Shown one piece after another: positions 11,601-21,999 of a DNA stretch of 64,000 nt (the stretch's first letter is position 1; every line of letters begins with the position of its first letter). Location: positions 434,001-498,000 of the forward strand of contig JAANOX010000153.1 of the NCBI GenBank assembly GCA_020184695.1, read 5' to 3'. The DNA is from Histomonas meleagridis 2922-C6/04-290x. Lineage: Eukaryota > Protista > Parabasalia. A model generated the notes under the pieces. That model saw only the letters and a program-made list of their open reading frames with translations, was not told the DNA's origin and searched no databases. The translations under genes and the position numbers were made by a program.

Positions 11601-11924
11601 TTTGATGTTGTTCTCGTTGACGACGTTGAAGATGAGGAACAAGTTGTCCTTGTCGGACTTGGGCAATATCTGGAACGCATATTCTTTTGATAATGAATCG
11701 GGGTCGGGGGTCTTCAGCTGCTGCATGAGCTGCGGATATGAGTCGGTTGGGATAAAGTCGTCGTCTAAAGGCTGTATGAAAGATGGCGTTTTGATCGCGA
11801 GCATTTCTCCGCTTTGTAGAGGGAGGGCCTTGGCAATGTATGAGACAGTCTTCCCTAAAACTAGATTTTGATGTTTGAACTTGGCAGGATAGCCAGTTCG
11901 AAGAAAGGCAATAACTGATGCCAT
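8700..11924 (-). CDS. RhoGEF (DH-PH) fused to Kelch repeats with a low-complexity Q/N tail
   Basis: RERILKELYDTETTY and LIMPIQRMPRYILLIRELIKYTP (DH domain); GG-containing Kelch blades; TNTSPFGQQ repeats. Confidence 0.85.
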   Translation of the reverse strand: MASVIAFLRTGYPAKFKHQNLVLGKTVSYIAKALPLQSGEMLAIKTPSFIQPLDDDFIPTDSYPQLMQQLKTPDPDSLSKEYAFQILPKSDKDNLFLIFNVVNENNIKMPLFTVEFNYPEFANKTGKDVFNHVVDQFGLEISNPQVLIGNQPLNQSLKAYDIFNKAKVSTLQFTCKLEESAVKIISTRERILKELYDTETTYCIALNALYNHFRQKMADLKLIDETKMNLIFGQLPKMINCHANFLSNLQRNGITYSSILTETFMSFSFNFMASQQYIVDYDKITEIAGTLREDKRMLEIVKSNPYNSVASLTNLDFNGYLIMPIQRMPRYILLIRELIKYTPQSHPDSATLPIAQQTIEKITHEMETAGETFDQRQQVVDVVSRLTKQINLVTEDRRLVSQSVVNIIHPHRSRGNLYLFNDSILLTKGVEPESPKLFSLLTILSFLPSRTEKIIDFQYHEKWYSVEFQNEEIKNTWLDTFQEKRKAMFLVNENKKNIIHCIEVRNQGVLPSISDMSSVIIGDVIYFAGGNISGKVPTPLLTYNMSSKIGQIDKTISVKCYSAEMALLNNRIYMYGGQSSNVLTLEGNKWKKILRIPKNELFAREFHSMVSNNEGLYIFGGLIKKKDEVTNTILFYDQINNSLTKIQQNENAIKPPPRKCHSAIFYKNYMIIFGGDDGKNIFDDCWAYSIKNNNWTQINLTGKIVPRTMHRAVLVNRFMLLIGGTNKNKENIPIISVDLETWHCRRIRLEGNLIKGISRFTCQYMQNDEIVLFGGYDCKLENQLNSFFIMKIPQRIVDPSEAPPPGELKLAAKPQQQQQNVNDNNNAFATVRKNNLKRNNIQINMTEKAKNEEKRNSLNLKNNNKLISDDNPLAGLNSVHLKPVNNIQKSNQQQSNNSNNNNNLKSEIESVQLKKVPTNQSKTPSFGGQQQKPATNTSPFGQQQKTTTNTSPFGQQKPATNTSPFGQQQKPAASATNSQFGQQKSVTTSNSTFGQKTAVNPPQRQQTAVQSKQPQNSGKPFVQLKPVPSQPPPKPASVFEQNRMVFAGADDPLKKKPVNTNKTFKDKIMMFENK

Positions 11925-12033
11925 TTGTTCAAATTGACGGTTGTAAACAGTTTGGTGATGAACTGTAGACTGTAATTATTCGTTTTTGTTGTTTTAATAA
12001 AATTATTTGTATGTTCACATTAAAAAATGTAAG

Positions 12034-12105
12034 TCGCTGATAGTGTAATGGTTATCATGTAGGATTGTCGTTCCTGTGATCCGGGTTCGATTCCCGGTCA
12101 GCGAG
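12034..12105 (+). tRNA. tRNA-Asp(GUC)
   Basis: Acceptor stem TCGCTGA/TCAGCGA, anticodon stem TAGGA/TCCTG with loop TT-GTC-GT, T arm CCGGG-TTCGATT-CCCGG, discriminator G, T-run terminator at 12106-12112. Confidence 0.95.
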
Positions 12106-12670
12106 TTTTTTTATTTATGTTATAAGTTCGATTTGATTAATTAGATATTATTTTTAAACATCTTTTTAATAAAAATTTATTTCCCCATGTCTAAACGTAA
12201 ATGAATAACATATCTTATTTCATATTTATTTTTTTAATTTTGAGATATCTTTATTCGTAATTCAGATCAAATTTGTTAGCGGTGTGTGATAAATAAAGTA
12301 TTCAATTCTTTCCGGTTTGAACAGATTTTTTGTGTCGATTTCAATTGCTAAGATTTGGCCTTCAAGTTTTTCTATGTGTTCAAAAACTTCTCTCTGTATT
12401 CAAATTTTTTGCGGGAAAAATTAACCCCTTTATCGATTTTGGAAAGCTTTATCTCAATAACAAATGAAAAACATATAAGCACTTTATGAAACTCTACAAT
12501 ATATTATGAGGATAACATTTAACTCTAAAGATATCTAAAACATGCCATATTATATTTTTTAATATCCATTTTTTAATTTTAAAACTTATTTAAGAAATTG
12601 TGTAAAACATCTTTGCAATAAGATAACTCGATAAAACCAACAATGCAAAAATTATTATTATTGAAATTGT

Positions 12671-13138
12671 TTAGAAGACTCTGAATTGCTTCTTGTCAGC
12701 ACCAACAGCGCATGGCTTAACAGAGATGACGTTGAAATGAACTGTCTTTGAGAGAGGACGACATTCACCAATTTGAACTATATCACCTTCCTTGACAATA
12801 AAGCATGGGCTGCAATGAGCTGGGATCTTAGTGTGACGCTTTTCGAAACGCTTGTATTTGCGTATGTATTGAAGATAATCACGACGAACGATAACTGTTC
12901 TTTTCATTTTTGTAGAAACAACAACGCCACGCATTACACGGCCACGGATTGAAACATCACTTGTGAACGGGCATTTATGATCAATATAAGTTCCTTCAAT
13001 AGCAGATTTTGGTGTAGTGATTCCAAGACCGATGTTCTTTGTATACCTTGGCTTTTTATCAGCGCCACGATACTTCTTTGAGGCAAGGCAAATTTGTTTT
13101 TGCTTTTGGAAAGCTCGTTCTGTTTGGATATCAGACAT
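12671..13138 (-). CDS. RPS11: 40S ribosomal protein S11 (uS17)
   Basis: [36 protein letters not shown]; codon usage of a highly expressed gene. Confidence 0.97.
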   Translation of the reverse strand: MSDIQTERAFQKQKQICLASKKYRGADKKPRYTKNIGLGITTPKSAIEGTYIDHKCPFTSDVSIRGRVMRGVVVSTKMKRTVIVRRDYLQYIRKYKRFEKRHTKIPAHCSPCFIVKEGDIVQIGECRPLSKTVHFNVISVKPCAVGADKKQFRVF

Positions 13139-13292
13139 TGCAAGGACGGACCAAAACCGAAAATAAACGGTCGCATGAAATAATTAACAATGTTTGTTTA
13201 AAATCACAAAAAATTCAAATACATTTTTGGGTTTTATAAAAATTTTTATAAATACTTTATTATGTAATTTAGCTATTTTAGGATTAAGTTTT

Positions 13293-15143
13293 TTACATGT
13301 TGAGTAACTTGTGATCTTTAATATTAATATCAATTCCTTCTTTTTCAAGAAGTAATTTAACAATTTCTGTATACCCATATTGAGATGCATACATAAGTGC
13401 TGTTTTAAATATTTTACATAATTTCCAAATATTATTTTGAAATATCTAATTATTAAAATAAATTTTAAATAAAACAAATAAATATCTTTAACATTAATAT
13501 CAATTCCTTCTTTTTCAAGAAGTAATTTAACGATTTCTGTATAACCTCTTAAAGATGCCAAAACAAGTGCTATTCCAAATCAATAAAACAATTCCCAAAT
13601 ATTATTTTGAAATAGAAAAAAAATCAAGTAAGTATTTTCAGTATGGAAATCAATTCCCTTTTGATCAAGAAGTATTTTAACAAGTTCTGTGTGTCCCATC
13701 CAAGATGCATTACAAAGTGCTGTTCTAAATATTTTAAATCTTTTCCAAATATTACTTTAAAATTCTAAAACAAAAAGACAAATATTAAAGTAAACAAATA
13801 AATATCAATAACATTGATATCAATTCCTTTTTGTTCAAGAAGCAAATTAACTATATCTATGTAACCAAAAAAAGATGCTTTCATAAGTGCTGTATCAAAT
13901 ATTTTTAAAATTTTCCAATTATTATTTTGAAATATTAAATTATTAAAATAAATATAAAATATAACAAATCAATAATTTTAGCATTAATATCAATTCCTTC
14001 TTGTTCAAGACACATTTTAACAATTTCTATATTCCCAGATTCTGCTGAAAAAATTAAAATTTCATGCGGCATTGGATTCTCTTTAAGCAAATGTTTGACG
14101 AGATATAAATTTCCATCCCTTGCTGTTAAATCAATTATATTTTCTGTGATTATCATTCCATTTTCTTGTAAATATGATAAAAGTTCATAGTTATGACTTA
14201 AAACACATATTTCTCCAAATTCATCTAAATCATCAAAATTTTCGATTTTATTTTCAAAAATATATTTAAAGATATCATTTCGATGAAATTGAATTGCTGT
14301 TTCAAGAGTATTTTCAAATGATGAATGGTTTTGTTCACATAAATGATATATTTCTTCATTTCCACCTGCAATTGCATATTTACTTGTATTTTCTACATTT
14401 GCACCATTCATAAGTAAATATTTAAAACATTTAACTGAAGAAAAAAATGCTGCATAATCAATTAATGTAATATAATCGTTAATAAAAGAACATCTTTCAT
14501 AAAGTGATGACTCAATTTTTTGATCAAAGTCAAAATTTGCTTGTGATGATATTTCTTGAAGTTTTTCGATTTCATCATTTCGAATTATTTTTGCAATATC
14601 ATTTGGATTATTTCCTTCTTCAATTAATTTCTTATGAAGTTCCCAATCATTCTTTGATAGTTCTTTAATGTTTCTTTGAATTTGGTTCATAGATTCGAAA
14701 AAGGTAATTTTTTGAATTTCTTCATCCGACATATAATGAATAAAATATGGATCTTTTTGATAGTTAAATTTTTCAATATAATTTTCTTCAATCATTCGAG
14801 CAACAAGATAAAATGATTCTTGGGATTTTTCATGAAGTAAAATTTTGGTGAAAACATCAATTATATGAGGTTTGATTTGATTATTTTCTTCAAATATTTC
14901 TAGATTTTTCAAAAATAATAAAAATACTTTAGGATCATTAACCCTAATTTCAAACAATGAATATATCATTTTGCAAATCATTAAATTAAAAGAATGGGGG
15001 TAACTATAATCAAAAATATCTATTATTGAAATTATAGATTGGGAAATATTTTTGTGGTTTAAGCCAAATATTATATGTTTAATCCATTGTAGTATTTCCC
15101 ATTCATTTAAATTCTTTTGGGTTACTTTTTCGTTTTCCAACAT
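13293..15143 (-). CDS. DUF3447-ankyrin gene whose ankyrin repeats are interrupted by four AT-rich spacers (functional status unresolved)
   Basis: ORF 13935-15143 encodes DUF3447 (TLIDYAAFFSSVKCFKYL...AIAGGNEEIYHLCEQ). Ankyrin segments restart at 13893, 13723, 13573 and 13403 after 80, 80, 60 and 80 nt spacers; the last repeat ends at TAA 13293-13295. Confidence 0.75.
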
Positions 15144-15519
15144 GAAGCGTAAAGAATGAAGAAAAAATTTTTATGGACTCAAAATGTCATCAAATTTTTT
15201 TTCATTTTTTTTTTTTTTTTGATTGCTCACTCAATATCATTTTGAAGAAAATAATGAAATTCAAGTAGTGTATACAATAGAATCCCTAATGTTTCAAAAC
15301 AAATTCTCATTAACTATTGCATTTAATAACCAATTTTCAAAAACTAAATTATACTAAAAAGTTTAAACAAAATAAAGTCATTAAAAAATTTCAGCATTTT
15401 ATATAAGATAATGCTTATGATAAGAATTTGGATCTTTTCCCAATGTGCACAAAGATTTTTGAATTTGTATTTGAAAAGTTTGTCAGAATTAACAGCACAA
15501 AAAATTGTGAAACGAAATT

Positions 15520-18500
15520 ATGGATTTATTCCAAGAAACAAAGGGCACAATAAAGAGCTCTAAGCCCAACAACTATGGTTTTCGTTGGAATTTATTTTTT
15601 TTTGCATCTGTTCTCCAAAATTGCCATTGCACCAACATCATATTATCAGTTCTTTCCATAATTATTAATCTTCTTACCATTGTGTTCACCTTTGTTTCGC
15701 CCATGATTGAACCTACAAATGAAGATAAATCCGAAAATCCCATTTTTTATTCATCTCTTATTTTATCATATCTCTCGCCGAGGATAATTTCTACAGACAC
15801 ATGGATAGTTACCTCCATCATACTAGTATTTATCTTTATTTGTTTATTTTTTACATGTTATTTTAATCCTTCAATGACATATAAATTCAAATATTTTCTT
15901 CATCCTCTTCTTCATATTATCTTAATACCATTTTTTATCTCGACCTTTAGTTATTTATGTGTTAATATTAATGGATTTGTATGGATATGTTTTTTTTCAA
16001 TATTCAATATCATTTTATTTCCAATCTATTTGATCATTATTGGATTTTTATATTTTTCATATACGAATACGATTGTAAATCCAGACTCATTATTTCAAGA
16101 ATGGTTTTATGGGAGTAGTTTCATTTATCCATTTTATTTAGCGTTTATCTCATTAGTATTTCTAATATCAAATCGTATTTCCGAACGATCGAACTTTATC
16201 TTATTTATCTTTGCGACAATTATCTCATTAATCTATGGCTTATTTATGATAATTCAAATGCCATATGTTATGCATTCCATTAACAACTTTTTAGCGACTG
16301 AGTTCTTTACATTAAGTTTCTTTTTTATTATATTCATGTTTAAGAAATCGATTTCCAACTCATATAAAAATCTTTTATATGTCTTTTTACCATTAACATT
16401 CACATTTATTTATTTAATGATATCGGCTATATCCGAAAATAATCGAAAATCGATTCATCATTTCTTAAGTCAAATTGATGATTCTTTTAAACAGTTTAAT
16501 ACAAATGAGTTATTAATCTCATTATCATCAATAATAAAGAAACAAAACGTAATACAAAGCGTTATTAAAGAAGGACTTTTAACAGGTAATAAATCAATTA
16601 CAAATCAAATATTTATAAAACTTTGCTTACAACAATTCCCAAATTCAAATTGGTTCATATCTTTAATCTCATTTTTATTATGCGTTGTATGGGAAAAAGA
16701 TTATTCAGAAGTATATCCAATATTATTAAACTTGTTAAGTTTGAAGAATTTGCCATTTTTTACTTCGTTCCAATTGTTTCAATGCGTTTATATTATGATG
16801 CAAACTTCAGATGAGTTAAGTAATATTATATTGGAAGATATCAATAAATATCGAATCTCGTTGCATCACTTCGCTGAAGAACATCAAAACTTTTGGTTCT
16901 CGGCTTATCGTGAAGATGAAAAAGAATTTTATAAAGCTTTAAGAAGACTTTACATAGCAATGAAATGTCAAAAGGATTTAATCCATCAAATGCTTGTAAA
17001 GTTTCCTTTTTGTCCTTCTGTTAAACTTCATGCATCATTACATTATGCCGACATATATCAAAATTATGTTAAAAGCGGAGAAAATTATTTGAAATCTGTT
17101 GCGTTAGGTTCCACTAATAATGGATATGTCTCAAAAGAGATCTTTTTGGGATTTTTATCATATTTCTCGGAATTAAATGACGATATCCAACAAAATGAAA
17201 AGATCGATGAAATCCAATTCTTATCAGTGAGGTCAAATCATGACGTAGCGTTAAGATCTCAGCCTAAAATACCTTTAAATGACCCATACTTTGAAACGCT
17301 TTGTCAAACATATTCAATGCCAATGAAAACCGCCAAACAAAAAATTTTACCATTTGCATCATCAAAAGTTTTAATCTTTAAAATCGGATTTATCTTTTTA
17401 TTAATCACATATTTTACGTATGGTCTATTAACCTTTGCCGAAAACTCTAAAATTGAAACAGATGATGAAAATTATCAAATACGGATCCAATTAATTAAAG
17501 ATACCATCGAATTTCGATCCAAGTTAAGTGTTGCATCATTAGACATTAGATTACTTGTAAATATTATTATGGATCCATATCAAAGTGTTACCAATCCATT
17601 TTATTTATTTGTTGTTGAAAAACTGAACGAAATTTGTTTAGAATTAGTTGATTATGAATATAAAGTTGCGACGAATAAATACATTACAAATAATACATTT
17701 TATTATTTGTTTGGACAATTTCATCAATATATAACATATTATATAACAACAAAAGATTTAACACAAATAATTGATATAGTTAGTGATAATACATTAGATA
17801 CAATTGTAGATGAATTAACAGATTTCGCTGTGTCAGCATATGAAAGTTTTTTAGATAAACAATTCGAATGGGAAGACATCACACGAAATGATTTAATTAC
17901 ATTTTTCACTTTAATCATTTCATTTGTAGTTATCACATTAATATTTTCGATATTTTTTTATTACATATTAACAAGTTCAATAGAAAACACATTATTTTTG
18001 ATATTACAAACAGTACAAAAAATAGTCATTCGAGAAATTGCCGAAAAGTTTTATAAATTACTTGACTTTAATAAATATAATAAAGATAATTATCCAACAT
18101 TTCGACGACGTAATTTAATTTTATGTTTTGTAATGATGTCAATTTCAAGTATTATATATCCGTTCATTATATTCTATTATTTATCAACATATAAATCAAA
18201 AGAATTACAACAATTACCATTGGAATTAAATATTACAAATACAATCGAAACAATTTATTCGATTTTAGGATATTCCGAATATCAATTAATTAATTTAACA
18301 AATCAAGTAATTTCTTTTCATCAATTTACTGAAATCGACGTAACAAATTATACGCCAATATCAAATATATATGGATCAATATCAAATTCACTTGTATCTA
18401 ATATAATATTTTTTATTTTCGTTGTCTTTTTCGTCTTTTTCATTATTGAGTATATGAAAGCTATTGAGATGTATAGATCTGTTCAAGTTTTGTTGAGATT

Positions 18501-19368
18501 TATCCCAATTCCTGCGGCTGAAAGTAATCCAATTTTATCGCAACTTTTACATGGTAAAAGTGTCGATAAAAAAGATATAATTAGTTTTAATAAGACTATC
18601 TTTAGAAATATTGAAGACCCTGAGTTCTTTTGTGTTTTATACCTGAATGAAAATGAGGAAATTTATAAAATTGATGGAAATGTTGTTTCAATATTAAATT
18701 CCGAGCCTAAAACTCTTTGGAATTTGTCGAATTATATACAAGAGAAATCTTCTGATAATAAAAGTTTAATTTCCGATTTCTTTAAAAGAAAACCTAATAA
18801 TGAAACTAAATGCGTTTCATTAGGACCTTTTAATGAAATAGCGATGACATTCAGTCAAAATGGAAATGTTTTGACTATTAAAAATGATCAATTTCATTAT
18901 TTGACCAATTCGCGATTAAGGAAAATATTCCCTTATAAAGAAATTGTTCATAGAAATAAAATGTCTATCGACAAGTGCGTGATTTTCGCCGTAGAAACTA
19001 GACAGAAAAATTTGGTTAATATCCCAGACGCAACTTTTATGGAACAAATTAATAACTTCGAAATTTTTATATCAAATAAAGAAAACACAGAAATATTCAA
19101 TACTTTACATGACATACCCCAAAAAAGTGTCGTCCACTTCGGGGGACCGTTATCGATATTTGATGATAAACCTGAAATTCATCCTTTGTTATACGGGAAA
19201 ATTTATGAAGAATTAAAACTAATGTTGATGTTCTTGAAAGAAGATATGTTAGTTTCAAAGGAATTCGCTTATGAAATGAGAATTCCGATTAATTTTTCTT
19301 TCCAAAGCATAAAAATATCAAATGAAATTACATTAGAATTTGCGAATATACAAAAAAATTGTCAATAA
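15520..19368 (+). CDS. Large multi-pass membrane protein resembling trichomonad transmembrane adenylyl cyclases, with a degenerate C-terminal cyclase-like region
   Basis: N-terminal TM bundle, FPFCPSV...YADIYQN motif, paired internal TM segments, and C-terminal VVHFGGPLSIFDDKP resembling class III cyclase G(I/V)HxGGP...GxxKP. Confidence 0.5.
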   Translation: MDLFQETKGTIKSSKPNNYGFRWNLFFFASVLQNCHCTNIILSVLSIIINLLTIVFTFVSPMIEPTNEDKSENPIFYSSLILSYLSPRIISTDTWIVTSIILVFIFICLFFTCYFNPSMTYKFKYFLHPLLHIILIPFFISTFSYLCVNINGFVWICFFSIFNIILFPIYLIIIGFLYFSYTNTIVNPDSLFQEWFYGSSFIYPFYLAFISLVFLISNRISERSNFILFIFATIISLIYGLFMIIQMPYVMHSINNFLATEFFTLSFFFIIFMFKKSISNSYKNLLYVFLPLTFTFIYLMISAISENNRKSIHHFLSQIDDSFKQFNTNELLISLSSIIKKQNVIQSVIKEGLLTGNKSITNQIFIKLCLQQFPNSNWFISLISFLLCVVWEKDYSEVYPILLNLLSLKNLPFFTSFQLFQCVYIMMQTSDELSNIILEDINKYRISLHHFAEEHQNFWFSAYREDEKEFYKALRRLYIAMKCQKDLIHQMLVKFPFCPSVKLHASLHYADIYQNYVKSGENYLKSVALGSTNNGYVSKEIFLGFLSYFSELNDDIQQNEKIDEIQFLSVRSNHDVALRSQPKIPLNDPYFETLCQTYSMPMKTAKQKILPFASSKVLIFKIGFIFLLITYFTYGLLTFAENSKIETDDENYQIRIQLIKDTIEFRSKLSVASLDIRLLVNIIMDPYQSVTNPFYLFVVEKLNEICLELVDYEYKVATNKYITNNTFYYLFGQFHQYITYYITTKDLTQIIDIVSDNTLDTIVDELTDFAVSAYESFLDKQFEWEDITRNDLITFFTLIISFVVITLIFSIFFYYILTSSIENTLFLILQTVQKIVIREIAEKFYKLLDFNKYNKDNYPTFRRRNLILCFVMMSISSIIYPFIIFYYLSTYKSKELQQLPLELNITNTIETIYSILGYSEYQLINLTNQVISFHQFTEIDVTNYTPISNIYGSISNSLVSNIIFFIFVVFFVFFIIEYMKAIEMYRSVQVLLRFIPIPAAESNPILSQLLHGKSVDKKDIISFNKTIFRNIEDPEFFCVLYLNENEEIYKIDGNVVSILNSEPKTLWNLSNYIQEKSSDNKSLISDFFKRKPNNETKCVSLGPFNEIAMTFSQNGNVLTIKNDQFHYLTNSRLRKIFPYKEIVHRNKMSIDKCVIFAVETRQKNLVNIPDATFMEQINNFEIFISNKENTEIFNTLHDIPQKSVVHFGGPLSIFDDKPEIHPLLYGKIYEELKLMLMFLKEDMLVSKEFAYEMRIPINFSFQSIKISNEITLEFANIQKNCQ

Positions 19369-19481
19369 AATTTGTTATTATTTCTAATTTTTCTTTTCTT
19401 AAATGTTTTTTTTTTTTAATTATAATTCATTGATTAAAAAAAATTTTATAAATTTAAGATTTTATTTTACAAACAACAATT

Positions 19482-21206
19482 TCATTCAATTGCCTTAGTT
19501 TTAGATCTCTTTAGTATTTCCTCAATCATAACATTAAATACTTGTGTAATTTCTTCCACTTTAACATTGTTATTCATTGCATTCATTAAAATTGTTTCTT
19601 GTTTCTTTATAAAATTCATTGAAACAATTGGATTGCATAAATAATGAATTGGAATATCCAAAAATTCTAATGATAACTCGTCAAGTTCAACTAATTCATC
19701 TGTTATTTTATCATCTACAATTAATGTTTCGAGTTTGTTTTTGCAATTATTAAATATTTCTAAAATTGCATTTTTGAGTGGATCAACTTTTGATGCAACA
19801 AATTTCATTTCTTGAAATTCCTTTTTCATTTTTATATTTATAAACTTCTTTTTTTGATTTAAAAGTTTTTCATCATGTAGTTGTTCTTCTAAATTTTTAA
19901 TGGTTTTCATATTTTCATTATTCTTTATTGATGTATTATCATTATTTCTTGTTATTGATTTTTGTAATCCTCCAATTTGATTAATAAGCTTTTTATTTTC
20001 ATTTCTAACACGTTTAAGTTCAGATAGCGTAATTGTTAGTTCTGTTTCCTTTGATCTTCTTATTAGTCTGTCCCTTATTTGATGCATATTCATAATTGAT
20101 GATTGTGTTGCAACATCGACACATTGAACAGGAACTTTTTCTGAGCGGATCGGACTTTTTGACCGCTTTTTGATCGTTAATTTCTTTTTTTTATTTGTTT
20201 CTGATATTTTACTTTTTTCTTTAGTAATTTGATTAGTCTTTTGAAGTAAACTGATATCATTTTTTAATGTGAAAATTTCTTGCTTATATGATTTTATTTT
20301 TTTAGAATGTTTTATTTTTTGTTTTTGATACATATTTAAAATGTGCTTATTAATGTTTCTAATTTGCTTTAATTGATTTTGAAAGTATATAACAATCATT
20401 GCAAATTGGGAACTCGTTGATGCATTTATTATTTGAATAGAAGCAAGAATTTTCAGAAGATCTTCGGTTGATAAAAATATTTGTTTCTTAAATTTTTGCT
20501 TTTGGTCATTAAAAATATTTTTTTCTTTGTTTATTCTTTTGGAAATATACGAAGAAATTTGTTCATGAATAGTAAATTTTAATGTATGAAATGTAGACCT
20601 TGGAAAACGAGGAGTACGGATTGCATGAATTTGTTGTTTTAATGAAAGAAGGCCGGACTTTAGAGTTTCAATTGAAGATTTATATTTAAATATATATGAA
20701 TAAGAATGTTGAAAAACTTGGCGTGAAAGATTAAAAAAATGATGGATAGATTTGGAAAACCGAAATACAGTGCTTTTTATGGTAAGGTTATTTTGGTTGA
20801 GTTCGGTAAGTTTGTGTTTTATATTTGATATATGTTTTCGAAAATTTATGGTGGTCGCTGTTAATCTCTGTTGTGAATTCTGAAGTTCTTCGAGTTTGTT
20901 TTTCAAGATAGAATTTTCATTGTAAGCAGTATTAAGTAATTCTTTTAATTTAATTTCATTGATTTTATATTGCTGTATTTCTTTTTGGACACTCTCTGTG
21001 AATGTTTTATGTTCTAGCTTTATAGCATGAAGTTCTGATGTTTTTTCTCTTATTTCTTGTTGGAAAAATTTATTTTGAATTGTATTTGCTTCATGAATTT
21101 CGACCATTTCTGACTCATGTTTGTTTATTACTTCCAAAAATAAATTTTTTAGATTATCTATATCATTTTCTTCTTTAATTTGGTTAATGAGAGTTTTGCT
21201 CCTCAT
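19482..21206 (-). CDS. Coiled-coil protein of unknown function
   Basis: 574-aa open frame, K/E/Q/N-rich heptad character; no family motif recognised. Confidence 0.7.
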   Translation of the reverse strand: MRSKTLINQIKEENDIDNLKNLFLEVINKHESEMVEIHEANTIQNKFFQQEIREKTSELHAIKLEHKTFTESVQKEIQQYKINEIKLKELLNTAYNENSILKNKLEELQNSQQRLTATTINFRKHISNIKHKLTELNQNNLTIKSTVFRFSKSIHHFFNLSRQVFQHSYSYIFKYKSSIETLKSGLLSLKQQIHAIRTPRFPRSTFHTLKFTIHEQISSYISKRINKEKNIFNDQKQKFKKQIFLSTEDLLKILASIQIINASTSSQFAMIVIYFQNQLKQIRNINKHILNMYQKQKIKHSKKIKSYKQEIFTLKNDISLLQKTNQITKEKSKISETNKKKKLTIKKRSKSPIRSEKVPVQCVDVATQSSIMNMHQIRDRLIRRSKETELTITLSELKRVRNENKKLINQIGGLQKSITRNNDNTSIKNNENMKTIKNLEEQLHDEKLLNQKKKFINIKMKKEFQEMKFVASKVDPLKNAILEIFNNCKNKLETLIVDDKITDELVELDELSLEFLDIPIHYLCNPIVSMNFIKKQETILMNAMNNNVKVEEITQVFNVMIEEILKRSKTKAIE

Positions 21207-21999
21207 TATTTAACGTCTTTCTTATGGGGTGGCTCAAGAATCTTTTCCAAAAAATCGTATTGTACCATTTTTTCTTATTACTTAAACATGCATCCCAGCC
21301 ACATTTATAAATTTTTACAATAATATTCATTTGCAAAATTAAATTTGTTAATGTAATATTGTTTTTGAAATATTCTCTATTTCGATGAAAAAAGATATGT
21401 ACTCGTTTAGAAGTGATCCAAGAATTAAAATGATGTAATAATAATTTTTAAACATCCAGATTGTAAATGCTAAAAGGACACCTTCGAATGTTTTTCTTAT
21501 AGAATCGAATAAAAATGAATCAGGATGATGCTTTCAATATTTATAAACTGATTCAAAAAATGGCTGATTTATATTTTTATGATTTGTTTTCTTCTATGAA
21601 AGTTTTAGAAGATTATCTATAATCTCACAAGAAAGATTTTTTATTTAGGCTTTATATCTCTAAAAACAAAAAAATATTGAGGTTTTTCAAATATAATCTT
21701 GTGATTTCCTCTAATTTTCACATATAATATTCTCCATCCTACGCTGGTAATTTTGGCATTAGTAGCTTTTTTCGAAATCAATTTTACATGGAAAAAACGA
21801 GGTTTTGAATTTTTTGAATTTTCTTCAATCGAGCTATTTCCCAATGTTTAAGACCCAAAATGGTGTCACCAAGATCACTAGACGCAAGAAAAGCAAAATC
21901 TGCAACAAAAATATTTATATCTTTTGATTAAGAGAGAGTTCTTGCGTTTTTTTTGAGTTTAACGTACAAAAACGACCGTTTATTTATCCGAAGGTGTGC

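Noticed and set aside
21641-21844. 67-aa minus-strand ORF starting MGNSS
   Set aside because: The start is TTG and no homology or coding bias is evident.
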